64,000 nucleotides of DNA from an uncultured Pseudomonadales bacterium (GTDB lineage: Bacteria; Patescibacteriota; Microgenomatia; UBA1400). The stretch lies in the NCBI GenBank assembly GCA_964589815.1, contig CAZPUR010000002.1, positions 19,466-83,465 on the forward strand, in the 5' to 3' direction. The first letter of the stretch is position 1; every line of letters starts with the position of its first letter. Below, piece after piece: positions 19,851 through 28,170 of the stretch. A program made the position numbers and the translations under genes. The notes under the pieces were generated by a model that was given only the letters and a program-made list of their open reading frames with translations, made no database searches and had not been told where the DNA came from.

Positions 19851-19907
19851 GGCAATGAAGCCATGTAGCAATGAAACAATGGAACAATGGAACAATGAAA
19901 CAATGAA
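19851..19907. repeat. AACAATGR word array (period 8) flanking the four-helix-bundle gene
   Basis: GCAATGAAGCCATGTAGCAATGAAACAATGGAACAATGGAACAATGAAACAATGAA. Confidence 0.85.
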
Positions 19908-19911
19908 TTTA

Positions 19912-20286
19912 CTATTGCTTTAATTTTTGATTTGTAAATTGAATTAATTGGTTGACCTCTTTTGGTAAAGCTTTTAGTTCTTTTAAGATATACTTATATT
20001 CTTTTTCTGATAACATATTTCTTATATTCGCCTTTTGATTCCAATCTAATGACTCTTTTACTGATCCAAAACTATAGTGGTAAAATTTTACCTTATCTTT
20101 TTTACTATATCTTCCGAAACCCTCAGCAATATTAGCAGATATTGAATCAATGGCTCTGACAAATTGGCCCCCAACGGCATTTTTTTTAAAGTAATTCCAT
20201 TCAACGACGACATTCCATACATAATTTGACAGGTTTAAGGCTCTTTTATAGCAGTCTATATAATTTAGCTGTAAATATTTCTTCAT
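19912..20286 (-). CDS. Four-helix-bundle protein (23S rRNA intervening-sequence protein family)
   Basis: GGQFVRAIDSISANIAEGFGRYSKKDKVKFYHYSFGSVKESLDW motif; start at MKKYLQL (20286), upstream codons belong to the word array. Confidence 0.85.
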   Translation of the reverse strand: MKKYLQLNYIDCYKRALNLSNYVWNVVVEWNYFKKNAVGGQFVRAIDSISANIAEGFGRYSKKDKVKFYHYSFGSVKESLDWNQKANIRNMLSEKEYKYILKELKALPKEVNQLIQFTNQKLKQ

Positions 20287-20316
20287 AACAATGTAACAAT
20301 GAAGCAATGAAACAAT
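20287..20316. repeat. AACAATGR word array on the other flank of the same gene
   Basis: AACAATGTAACAATGAAGCAATGAAACAAT, same orientation as 19851-19907. Confidence 0.85.
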
Positions 20317-20327
20317 ATATTATTATT

Positions 20328-21008
20328 CTAAAAGTTAAATTCTTCAGGCTCAACAAAGAAGGGAAGAGGATTATTATTTTTATCTTTCACCAACACGGTT
20401 AAAATCACTTTATCAGCAGGAATGAGAGTGGCGTTGAGGTTTGTCGATTCAGTTTTTTCGCCGTCACTAAAATGAATTTCTAAAATTGACCCCTCAGGCG
20501 CATTAAGGACAGTGACAATATCATTGTTTTCTGTCACCTGAATTTTGGTATTAAGACTATAAACTGTAAACAAATAGGGCCAAGAGGCTTTTTTACCCCC
20601 CACCGTCAAAGAAATAGAAGAAGAAAAACTGTTTTGAGGCACAATAAACTCAATTAAATTTGGAGTCCAGCGATTGATTTTGTCTTCACCCACAGCCACA
20701 TTGCCAATAGAAAGCTGTTTGTTTTCAGGGTTATCGCCAAAATTTTCACCCTCAATCAAGACCGCATCACCCACCTTGCCTAAAAAAGGCCAGACTAGAT
20801 TGATTCTAGGTTCGCCTGGAGAAAGAGGACCATATCTGGTTACGGGTTTGATTAAGGCTGGTTTTTCAAACTCCGCTCTGCTGGCTAGCCGGGTTTCTTG
20901 CTGGGAAACCCAAACAGTAACCGGAATCGCCAATACCATAATTAACAGAGCTGTTGCCCCAATGATTTTTTTAAAAGAAAAACGATCGAGTTTTTGTACT
21001 ATATTCAT
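20328..21008 (-). CDS. Membrane-anchored IPT/TIG-domain protein
   Basis: N-terminal anchor; GKVGDAVLIEGENFGDNPENKQLSIGNVAV...IEFIVPQ resembles IPT/TIG. Confidence 0.55.
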   Translation of the reverse strand: MNIVQKLDRFSFKKIIGATALLIMVLAIPVTVWVSQQETRLASRAEFEKPALIKPVTRYGPLSPGEPRINLVWPFLGKVGDAVLIEGENFGDNPENKQLSIGNVAVGEDKINRWTPNLIEFIVPQNSFSSSISLTVGGKKASWPYLFTVYSLNTKIQVTENNDIVTVLNAPEGSILEIHFSDGEKTESTNLNATLIPADKVILTVLVKDKNNNPLPFFVEPEEFNF

Positions 21009-21021
21009 AGTTGATTAACTC

Positions 21022-21154
21022 GTCCCGACGTAATGTCGGGACTCGCGTTATTAAGTAGTTAATTAGCTCGTTTCACTCGCGGTGAATTTATAATAACGCA
21101 GGCGAAAGCTTGCTAATAACCATCAATATACGCTCCGACCGCAAGCGTCGGAGC
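21022..21154. repeat. Cluster of GC-rich hairpins in a 165-bp spacer
   Basis: GTCCCGACGTAATGTCGGGAC (21022-21042); GCGTTATTA/TAATAACGC (21045-21053/21091-21099); GCTCCGACCGCAAGCGTCGGAGC (21132-21154). Confidence 0.7.
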
Positions 21155-21173
21155 TAGTATACCACTTAACTAA

Positions 21174-21854
21174 CTATCTTCTAACCTCTATCCTTTCTAC
21201 CTCTGAATTAAAGTATATATTGTAGCGTTCAAAAAATCCAGAGCGGCCCAAGATGGGTTTAGTTCCGGCTGATTCTGTGAAAACTACCGGTAGTAAAACC
21301 TCCTGATCGCCGATTTTAACTTTAATTTCGCTTTTATAAGCAAAAGAGGTCGTGCCGCCAAAGCCGCCAAAAGTACTTCTGGGCATTTGCGCCAAAGATA
21401 AACCCATTTTTTTAGCTTCTTCTCGGGGCAAAGAAGAAACCAGGGCGCCGGAATCAAGGAGAAAATTCAATTTTTGCCAACCCTGATTGGGATAATAAAC
21501 TTCGAGTTTTATAATCGGTTCGAAGACCTCGCCAAAATCTTTCCATAAAACCGGCTGATAAGGGGCCTGAAGCAGGACTTCACCATTCACCGGTCCGCCA
21601 GCCGGAGAAATAATTAAATAACGTTGAGCCAGAATAATCCCCACCACCAGCATTAAGATCATAAAAACAACCAAATAAGCCAATTTAAGCCAGCTTCGCC
21701 AGGTAATAGGCTTGATCTCACGCTGAGTAAAACCAGGCTCTTGGATATTGAGATTTTCAACTGGCGGAGGCGCTGCCGGAGGAGAAGCGGGTGGTTGATA
21801 AGGCAAGCTTTGGTCCATGAAAATATTATAAACGTTGTTTCTTTTCCAAATCAA
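21174..21854 (-). CDS. Membrane-anchored retropepsin-like (clan AA) aspartic protease
   Basis: Pro-rich N-terminus, one TM, FLLDSGALVSSLP active-site-like motif; alternative start at 21818 (MDQSLPY). Confidence 0.65.
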   Translation of the reverse strand: MIWKRNNVYNIFMDQSLPYQPPASPPAAPPPVENLNIQEPGFTQREIKPITWRSWLKLAYLVVFMILMLVVGIILAQRYLIISPAGGPVNGEVLLQAPYQPVLWKDFGEVFEPIIKLEVYYPNQGWQKLNFLLDSGALVSSLPREEAKKMGLSLAQMPRSTFGGFGGTTSFAYKSEIKVKIGDQEVLLPVVFTESAGTKPILGRSGFFERYNIYFNSEVERIEVRR

Positions 21855-21875
21855 GCCCCAAGATAAACATCATTA

Positions 21876-24131
21876 TTAAGGATTAGGGGAAGCTTCAGTT
21901 AAAGGACAACCTTGGAGGGCTTTAACAATTTCTTCGGCGGGTTTACCTTCTTCTTCCATTTTTTGTTTCTTGGCCTGACATTCGGCCGGAGAAGGGAAGT
22001 AACAGTGTTGTTTAGGTTCTGTGCCCGGGACAAACCAGGCTTTTTTCAACTGAGGGCAACCTTTACAGGGTAAAAGGCCGTTGCTGGCGCAGATTTCCAC
22101 TTCCACCATGCCTTCAGGCACCGGAAACTCTGCTGGTTCAGTATCTTTTAAAACATTAGTCATAATTTCATTCCAAATCGGAGCGGCGCCGGTAATGCCT
22201 GAGGCAACTTTATACATCGGTTCGCCATTATTATTGCCTACCCAGGTTAAGACACAGAAATCAGGTGAACAGCCGTCAGTCCAGTTATCTTTAAATTCAT
22301 TGGAAGTGCCGGTTTTGACAAAAACCTTCCGGTCTTCTTTATTGATAATGATCCTTAAGGGAGTATTGAGGCCAAACTCGCCGGCCCGGGCATTCTTGTC
22401 AGACAAAATGTCCACCAACTGCCAGGCGGTAAAATGAGAAACGACTGGTTTGCCGCCTTCGACTTCGTTTTCCTCTGAGGCATAAGCTTTTCTGGCAATA
22501 TCTGCCCATAGACTTCTGGGTTTTTCAATATCCTGAATCACTTTACCATGAGAATCAACGATTTTTTTAATGGGTGTTAGTTCTTTTTTCATGCCCATAT
22601 TGGCCAGGGAACCAAAAGCCACGGCCATGTCTGTCATTTTTACCTCCGCTGCTCCTAAAGTCAGAGAAAGGCCGTATTTATCCGGTTCATTCCAGGTAGT
22701 GATGCCCATTTTATGAGCTTGCTCCACCAATTTATCCACGCCGATTTGGTTTAAAGTTTTGACGGCCGGCACGTTTCTGGATTCGGCCAAAGCTTTTTTC
22801 AAAGTCACTGGTCCTTTAAATTTATGGTCATAATTGACCGGTGTATAAGTTTCCCAGGGGTTGGAATAGGAGACCGGGGTATCCAAAAGAATGCTTGAAG
22901 GCGTAAAACCGCCGTTTTCCAAAGCATAAGCATAAGTAATTGGTTTCACCGAAGAGCCAGGTTGACGCAGAGAAGTGGTTAAGTTAACATTGCCGTCATT
23001 GGCAAAATCCCAAAAATCAACACTGCCTACCATGGCCAGAATTTCTCCGGTTTTAGGCTTGGTAACTAAAGCGGAGCCGTTATGGACATTATAGCGTTTA
23101 TCGACTTCTTTGACATTTTTTTTGACGACTTCTTCAGCCATTTCTTGAACATCTAGGTCCAAAGTGGTGTAAACATGAAGACCGCCTTTTTCCACCACCT
23201 GCTGGCCGTAAAGCCGGGAAAGATAGTCTTTAACATAAATAACAAAATGGGGCGCTTTAATCGGTGTCGCCTGAGGGGCAAAAGTTAAAATTTCTTTTCC
23301 TACTTCCTGGGCCTGTTCTGCCGTAATAAAGCCTTCTTCTATCATCCGGTTTAAAACCTGGCTTTGTCTTTTTTTAGCCAATTGGGGATTAGCCCCAAAA
23401 GGGGAGTAGGTCGTCGGCGAAGCTGGCAGGCCGGCCAAAAGAGTCGCCTCAGCCAGATTAAGGTCTTTAGCTTGTTTGGCAAAGTACATCTGGGCCGCTT
23501 CTTCAATGCCGTAGGCAGTGCCGCCGTAAGCCACCTGATTAAAATACATTTCCAAAATTTGGTCTTTTTCAAAGACCATTTCTACGGCGGTGGCTAAAAA
23601 GAGTTCTTTAAGTTTTCTTTCTACCGTTCTTTCCGGAGAAAGAAGGGCGTTTTTAACCAATTGCTGGGTGATAGTCGAACCGCCCTGTAAAGAAAGAGCG
23701 GTATTTTTATTTTCCCTTACGAAAAAATCATGTTTTACGGCTCGGGCAATGCCTCGGAAAGAAAAACCTCGGTGCTGGTAAAAATTCTGGTCTTCAATGC
23801 TAATGGTTGCTTGAATTACATGTTGAGGGATATCTTTTAAACTTAAAAGGGTTCGATTTTCATCTCGGTAAATTTTGTAAAGCAGACGACCATTACGGTC
23901 ATAAATTTTAGTTGAAGCATTGGGTTGTTGAAAACTTAAAAGATATGGATTCGGTAGGTCGTTGAGGAAGTCGAAATAAAAAAGAGCAACTAAAAAGAAA
24001 AACACCAGATAAACAGCGGTGCGGATAGGGTGGAATCTGGCTTTCCTGCCCAGAGTTTCTAAACCATTAACTACATAATTCAAAAACCTATTAATTATTC
24101 TTTTCACTAACTCAAACAAAGAGTCTATCAC
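21876..24131 (-). CDS. Class A penicillin-binding protein (PBP1A family: GT51 transglycosylase + transpeptidase)
   Basis: GT51 motifs SIEDQNFYQHRGF, GGSTITQQLVKN; transpeptidase PGSSVKP (SxxK), KTGT-like KTGTSNE. Confidence 0.93.
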   Translation of the reverse strand: MIDSLFELVKRIINRFLNYVVNGLETLGRKARFHPIRTAVYLVFFFLVALFYFDFLNDLPNPYLLSFQQPNASTKIYDRNGRLLYKIYRDENRTLLSLKDIPQHVIQATISIEDQNFYQHRGFSFRGIARAVKHDFFVRENKNTALSLQGGSTITQQLVKNALLSPERTVERKLKELFLATAVEMVFEKDQILEMYFNQVAYGGTAYGIEEAAQMYFAKQAKDLNLAEATLLAGLPASPTTYSPFGANPQLAKKRQSQVLNRMIEEGFITAEQAQEVGKEILTFAPQATPIKAPHFVIYVKDYLSRLYGQQVVEKGGLHVYTTLDLDVQEMAEEVVKKNVKEVDKRYNVHNGSALVTKPKTGEILAMVGSVDFWDFANDGNVNLTTSLRQPGSSVKPITYAYALENGGFTPSSILLDTPVSYSNPWETYTPVNYDHKFKGPVTLKKALAESRNVPAVKTLNQIGVDKLVEQAHKMGITTWNEPDKYGLSLTLGAAEVKMTDMAVAFGSLANMGMKKELTPIKKIVDSHGKVIQDIEKPRSLWADIARKAYASEENEVEGGKPVVSHFTAWQLVDILSDKNARAGEFGLNTPLRIIINKEDRKVFVKTGTSNEFKDNWTDGCSPDFCVLTWVGNNNGEPMYKVASGITGAAPIWNEIMTNVLKDTEPAEFPVPEGMVEVEICASNGLLPCKGCPQLKKAWFVPGTEPKQHCYFPSPAECQAKKQKMEEEGKPAEEIVKALQGCPLTEASPNP

Positions 24132-24214
24132 AATACCTCCTAAATATATAATAGTGGTAGTGAAAACATCATGTCAAGGGGTAAAAGATTATTGTTCCAT
24201 TGTTTCATGGTTTT

Positions 24215-24242
24215 CATCCAGAGGATGATCATCCTCTGGATG
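24215..24242. repeat. Perfect 28-bp palindrome flanked by inverted AACAATG word arrays (possible terminator)
   Basis: CATCCAGAGGATGATCATCCTCTGGATG; flanks ATTGTTCCATTGTTTCAT / AACAATGGAGCAATTG... Confidence 0.8.
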
Positions 24243-24299
24243 ACATTGTTAACAATGGAGCAATTGACCAATGAAGCAATGATGAAAATTTAGAAATTT

Positions 24300-25148
24300 T
24301 TATGCCAGCGGATATTCTTTAAAAATCTTCCAAAACAGACCGGCAATACAGCCAGTCCAAAGCGTGGCTAAAGGCAGAATCGTGTTTTGGTTTAAATAAT
24401 CTTTAAGAGTTTTTTGGGGTTGGTTGCCCTTAACTGAGGTTTTTGCCTGTAAAACTTGGGGTAGTTTGAATTTTAATCCTTCTTCCAAATCAGATAAATT
24501 CTCGTTTTTTAGTGGCTTTTTTTCTTCCAAAGTCAGACTGGGAGGGTGTTTTTTGTTCTCCTTGCTGAAAAAAGTCCGGGAAAAAGTATCTAGGTTATAA
24601 TAAAAAGCCATGCCCATGTTCTTAATTTCAGCTGAAACCCATTTTCCCACCAAAGGAGTCAAGTTGATTTTCTGAGCGCCGGGAGTGGCTTCTAAAACCA
24701 CGCTCAGGCCGCTGGAATACAAAGAAGGCTTATTATTCCAATTAAGCTGGTCTTCCTCCCAGTTGTTATGGGGCAGGAGCAGCTCGATTTCTAATGGTTT
24801 AAGCTCGCCAAAACTTTGGTCCAGCCAAAGATTTAAGACGACCTCTTTACCTTCTTCTAGGCCTTGTTCCACTTTTTCATCCAAGTCAAACTGTAAAAAC
24901 ATGATTTTAGTGGAGGAAGTAAAACCAGTTGACAAAGTTTCCTGATCGCCAAAATTAATTTCCGGATAATGGCTGTTGACATAAGTGTCTTTAACGGGCA
25001 ACAAACCTTCTGGTTGAGCGCTTGGCCTAGGCGCGAGGTTTTTTATTTTCACTTCTATCTCAGGTGGGGTGAGGGGCTTATCTTCCGCCAAAACAGGCAA
25101 AGGAACAATGTAAATTAATAAAAAAATTAAAAGAAGAAGGATATTCAT
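24300..25148 (-). CDS. Secreted protein with DNRLRE-like domain and C-terminal membrane anchor
   Basis: Signal peptide; KDTYVNSHYPEINFGDQETL...MFLQFDL pattern; C-terminal hydrophobic helix. Confidence 0.4.
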   Translation of the reverse strand: MNILLLLIFLLIYIVPLPVLAEDKPLTPPEIEVKIKNLAPRPSAQPEGLLPVKDTYVNSHYPEINFGDQETLSTGFTSSTKIMFLQFDLDEKVEQGLEEGKEVVLNLWLDQSFGELKPLEIELLLPHNNWEEDQLNWNNKPSLYSSGLSVVLEATPGAQKINLTPLVGKWVSAEIKNMGMAFYYNLDTFSRTFFSKENKKHPPSLTLEEKKPLKNENLSDLEEGLKFKLPQVLQAKTSVKGNQPQKTLKDYLNQNTILPLATLWTGCIAGLFWKIFKEYPLA

Positions 25149-25169
25149 AGTTCTAGGTTCTAAATTCTA

Positions 25170-25185
25170 TCCGCCAGCTGGCGGA
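25170..25185. repeat. 16-bp perfect palindrome TCCGCCAGCTGGCGGA (copy 1 of 3)
   Basis: Identical 16-mer at 29772-29787 and 40031-40046. Confidence 0.95.
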
Positions 25186-25296
25186 CTAATTCCAATCTAC
25201 CACCTTCCCCATTTCTCGTCAATCAGAAAAAACCTATACCTCCTATATCCCATATAACTCCTTGTTTCTATACGAAAACATGCTAAGATATTTTTA

Positions 25297-25944
25297 ATGA
25301 AAAAACCTAAACTAATAGTTCTTCTTTTAACCTTTTTTTCTCTTCTAGGTTTTTTTTCTTTTAAGTATTTATTAAGAGGTGAAAACCCGATCGTCACTAG
25401 AGTGATCGATGGCGACACTATTGAGTTAAGCGACGACCGGATAATCAGATATATTGGTATTGACAGTCCAGAATTAGCCACAGAGGAATGTTTTAGCCAG
25501 GAAGCCAAAAAGCTCAATCAAGACTTGGTTTTAAACCAAAAAGTAAGGGTAGAGTTGGACACTAATCAGATGGATCGTTTCGGCCGCTACTTAGCCTATG
25601 TATATGCCAAAGACGCGAAAAAAGAGGTTTTTGTTAATCAGTATTTATTGGAACAGGGAGCAGGAGAATTTTTCCTAGACACGGTTAATTTAAAATATCA
25701 GTCAGAATTGGTGAAAGCAGCAGAAAAAGGTTATAGCGAGAAAAAAGGCAAATGGTCAGCTTGCGCTTTGGATCAACAGGGTTGTATAATTAAGGCCAAT
25801 TTGGACAAATTAGATAAACGTTGGTATCATTTGCCTGGATTCAGGCATTATGACCAGGTGAAGATAAATTTAGAAAAAGGGGATCGTTGGTTTTGCACGG
25901 AAGAGGAAGCCATTAAAGCTGGTTTTGAAAAAGCGCGGATATAA
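25297..25944 (+). CDS. Thermonuclease (staphylococcal nuclease, SNase) family protein, secreted/anchored
   Basis: VTRVIDGDTIEL...IRYIGIDSPE...RFGRYLAYVY SNase motifs; N-terminal hydrophobic segment. Confidence 0.85.
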   Translation: MKKPKLIVLLLTFFSLLGFFSFKYLLRGENPIVTRVIDGDTIELSDDRIIRYIGIDSPELATEECFSQEAKKLNQDLVLNQKVRVELDTNQMDRFGRYLAYVYAKDAKKEVFVNQYLLEQGAGEFFLDTVNLKYQSELVKAAEKGYSEKKGKWSACALDQQGCIIKANLDKLDKRWYHLPGFRHYDQVKINLEKGDRWFCTEEEAIKAGFEKARI

Positions 25945-25960
25945 AAGGAGGGGGGTATTG

Positions 25961-26185
25961 ATGCCAGTATATATCAGTGAACATCTGTCTAATCCAGCAG
26001 TCACCACAGATATGGTAGTCATGGGGCGGGTGGAAATAGAACCTGAAATATTACCTGAGCCTGGAGAACTGTCTGAGCCTGGAGAGTCTCCCAAAGTAGA
26101 AAGAGCTAACCTCATTACAGGACTCAGCAGTACAGGATTCAGAGATTGGATATATAGGCACTTTCTTCTTCATGGTAACGAATGA
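25961..26185 (+). CDS. Orphan small protein (74 aa)
   Basis: AAGGAGG 8 nt upstream of ATG 25961; acidic EPEILPEPGELSEPGESP tract. Confidence 0.5.
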   Translation: MPVYISEHLSNPAVTTDMVVMGRVEIEPEILPEPGELSEPGESPKVERANLITGLSSTGFRDWIYRHFLLHGNE

Positions 26186-26282
26186 GGTTATCGCTGAATA
26201 ATAATTTTGGTTAAAAAAGAAAATTAATCTAGCTAAGATACGATGGGGTATTAAAGAGATTAAAAATTAAGCCTCTATATAT

Positions 26283-26311
26283 TTGACAAAACAGAGGTTA
26301 TTTGCTATTCT
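26283..26311 (+). promoter_or_regulatory. Promoter of the 26344-27052 small-ORF trio
   Basis: TTGACA (26283-26288), 17 nt, TATTCT (26306-26311). Confidence 0.5.
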
Positions 26312-26343
26312 AAGCTGGATTTTTAAAAAGGAGGTGGAGAAAA

Positions 26344-26562
26344 ATGCTTGAAAGAAAATTATTATCTACTGGCGAACAAATTCCTACGTTGCTAGGCATG
26401 TCAATTCGGTTAAGAGAAGACTGTTCGGTAGCTATTCTCCCAACAGCAGAAGGAGCCGTGCTTTTCTCTGGATTAGATGAAGATCCTGGTTTTAGAGAGG
26501 AGGAGTTACCCGTGGGTTTTCAATTTAGAGTTAGAGATGTTCTTTTTACTGTTACTGAGTGA
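26344..26562 (+). CDS. Orphan small protein (72 aa)
   Basis: AAGGAGGTGG SD upstream; no recognisable motif. Confidence 0.5.
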   Translation: MLERKLLSTGEQIPTLLGMSIRLREDCSVAILPTAEGAVLFSGLDEDPGFREEELPVGFQFRVRDVLFTVTE

Positions 26563-26599
26563 TTAAAATTTTGTTCCACCTAAATTAATCTAAAAAAAT

Positions 26600-26800
26600 A
26601 TGACTTCAGTTATAGAACTTAATGGCTGCCGGGCGATTGTCAATCATCACTTACCCAGAGAAACAGGTTTAGAATGGTTTGATCTTCGTTCAGTACCAGC
26701 ACTTAATCGAGATTTAAAAAAAAGACAGGAAATAAAGCCAAGAATAAGAGTAGAAACTGTTACTGTTATTAAAGAAGACCTCATGTTGCAAGAGTTATAA
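26600..26800 (+). CDS. Orphan small protein (66 aa)
   Basis: ORF in operon context; no SD. Confidence 0.4.
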   Translation: MTSVIELNGCRAIVNHHLPRETGLEWFDLRSVPALNRDLKKRQEIKPRIRVETVTVIKEDLMLQEL

Positions 26801-26833
26801 TTAAGCTAACCAAAAGGGAGGTGAGGGGTAAAT

Positions 26834-27052
26834 ATGAGTGGAGGTCCACGGGAGATAAAAGTAATCGTCCAAATCGAAGAATCAGGAAAACGTCAGACGT
26901 CTCCGGAGGAAATAAAGGCTAGGCGTGAACTTGAAGGAGAGATGGATCCGATGGACATCGCCAGGGGCGAAAAGGTCACAGACGCTGAAGTCAGCCAGCG
27001 AGTGTTACAAGATTGGCTTGACGAAGCTAAGGATGCAGGATGGAGAGATTAA
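26834..27052 (+). CDS. Orphan small acidic protein (72 aa)
   Basis: GGGAGGTGAGG SD upstream. Confidence 0.5.
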   Translation: MSGGPREIKVIVQIEESGKRQTSPEEIKARRELEGEMDPMDIARGEKVTDAEVSQRVLQDWLDEAKDAGWRD

Positions 27053-27081
27053 GGAAAGGGAACTTAAATCCTGATTTTTAA

Positions 27082-27110
27082 TTGTTTTTTAAGACAAATT
27101 ATGGTATAAA
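27082..27110 (+). promoter_or_regulatory. Promoter with duplicated ATGGTATAAA box
   Basis: TTGTTT, 17 nt, TGgTATAAA; ATGGTATAAA repeated at 27101 and 27111; same box at 27829-27842. Confidence 0.45.
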
Positions 27111-27158
27111 ATGGTATAAAAAGGAGCTAAATTTTTATAAAACTTAAAGGAAGATAAA

Positions 27159-27347
27159 ATGGCAGGTGAAAAACGTAGTTTATTCCCAGAAGGAACTCCT
27201 GAGAGTGAACTTGATCTTTATGATCAGGCGGTTTTGGCAGCTGAAGCAATATTGGTATTTGATAAAATAATAGATCTTCCAAGTCCAAACTTTCAAACCC
27301 GTCAAGAGGCATTTGATACTATTGAAAGAGCGTGTGGTGTTCTTTAA
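27159..27347 (+). CDS. Orphan small protein (62 aa), 3' end overlaps dgkA 3' end by 4 nt
   Basis: AAGGAAG SD; convergent overlap with 27344-27733. Confidence 0.45.
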   Translation: MAGEKRSLFPEGTPESELDLYDQAVLAAEAILVFDKIIDLPSPNFQTRQEAFDTIERACGVL

Positions 27348-27733
27348 GGCAGTCTTAAGATTTTGGGTCCAAAAATAATTACCCCTATAATTACCGCCGC
27401 CATGGCCAGAACCATGACCGCGCCAGCCGCAAAATTCCTCACCCAATACGTTTCATAATAGGAGAGATTAAGCTTAAATCTCATCAGGTTGCAGACTGCT
27501 TCTATAGCCGCATTCATAATCTCCAGGCTAATTACTAGGGCAATGATGATAATTAAAGCTAGCCATTCCATAGAGGAGATTTTTAGCAGAAAACCAAGTA
27601 TGATTGCTAAACTACCGGCTACCAGATGTATTCTTACATTTCTTTCCTGTTTAATGGTTCTCCCAATACCCCTGAAGGCAAAAACAAAAGACTCCCACAA
27701 TTTATATTTTTTCTTTCTTTTAATTTCAATCAT
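27344..27733 (-). CDS. dgkA: Diacylglycerol/undecaprenol kinase (DgkA family)
   Basis: Three TM helices, EIMNAAIEAVCN motif (E-x-x-N-[ST]AIE). Confidence 0.85.
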   Translation of the reverse strand: MIEIKRKKKYKLWESFVFAFRGIGRTIKQERNVRIHLVAGSLAIILGFLLKISSMEWLALIIIIALVISLEIMNAAIEAVCNLMRFKLNLSYYETYWVRNFAAGAVMVLAMAAVIIGVIIFGPKILRLP

Positions 27734-27809
27734 CTTTCTAAGTTTAGCATATTTTTTAAAATATGTTGAGAGTTGATTTTAATGTTCTCGTTCAGAAACC
27801 TGTATTTAA

Positions 27810-27838
27810 TTGACTTTTCAGGCGAAAGATGGTATAAA
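27810..27838 (+). promoter_or_regulatory. Promoter of ORF 27878
   Basis: TTGACT (27810-27815), 17 nt, TGgTATAAA (27833-27838). Confidence 0.5.
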
Positions 27839-27877
27839 ATGGGGGTTGGGAATATAAAGCTATAAAAAGGATAAGAA

Positions 27878-28078
27878 GTGGCTGAATTAGAAGCATCAGG
27901 AGAAATAGAATTAATGGAAGTTGCTTTAGAGCAAAAACCAGGACTAGCAGAAATGCTTGTTAGTGGAGTAGAGACGATGAGGTGTTTGGCAGTAGCTAAT
28001 GGTTTATTGGATCCTCGAGTAGGGACTGACACTTTTGCTTATGCATTATTTCTTCTTTCAAGAGGCCTGAAGAGTTAG
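27878..28078 (+). CDS. Orphan small protein (66 aa, GTG start)
   Basis: AAGGATAAGAA before GTG; own promoter. Confidence 0.4.
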   Translation: MAELEASGEIELMEVALEQKPGLAEMLVSGVETMRCLAVANGLLDPRVGTDTFAYALFLLSRGLKS

Positions 28079-28170
28079 GTTAATTTTCTTCTACTACCTC
28101 TTTTCCTAGACCCCTTTTACCTCTGATCCCTCCTCTTGTAATTTTTGTCTTAAAACTCTAAAATACCTTT

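Noticed and set aside
25197-26115. ORFs 25197-25517 (minus) and 25870-26115 (minus)
   Set aside because: They are antisense to the well-supported thermonuclease gene and to the SD-equipped small ORF 25961-26185, with no translation signals of their own.
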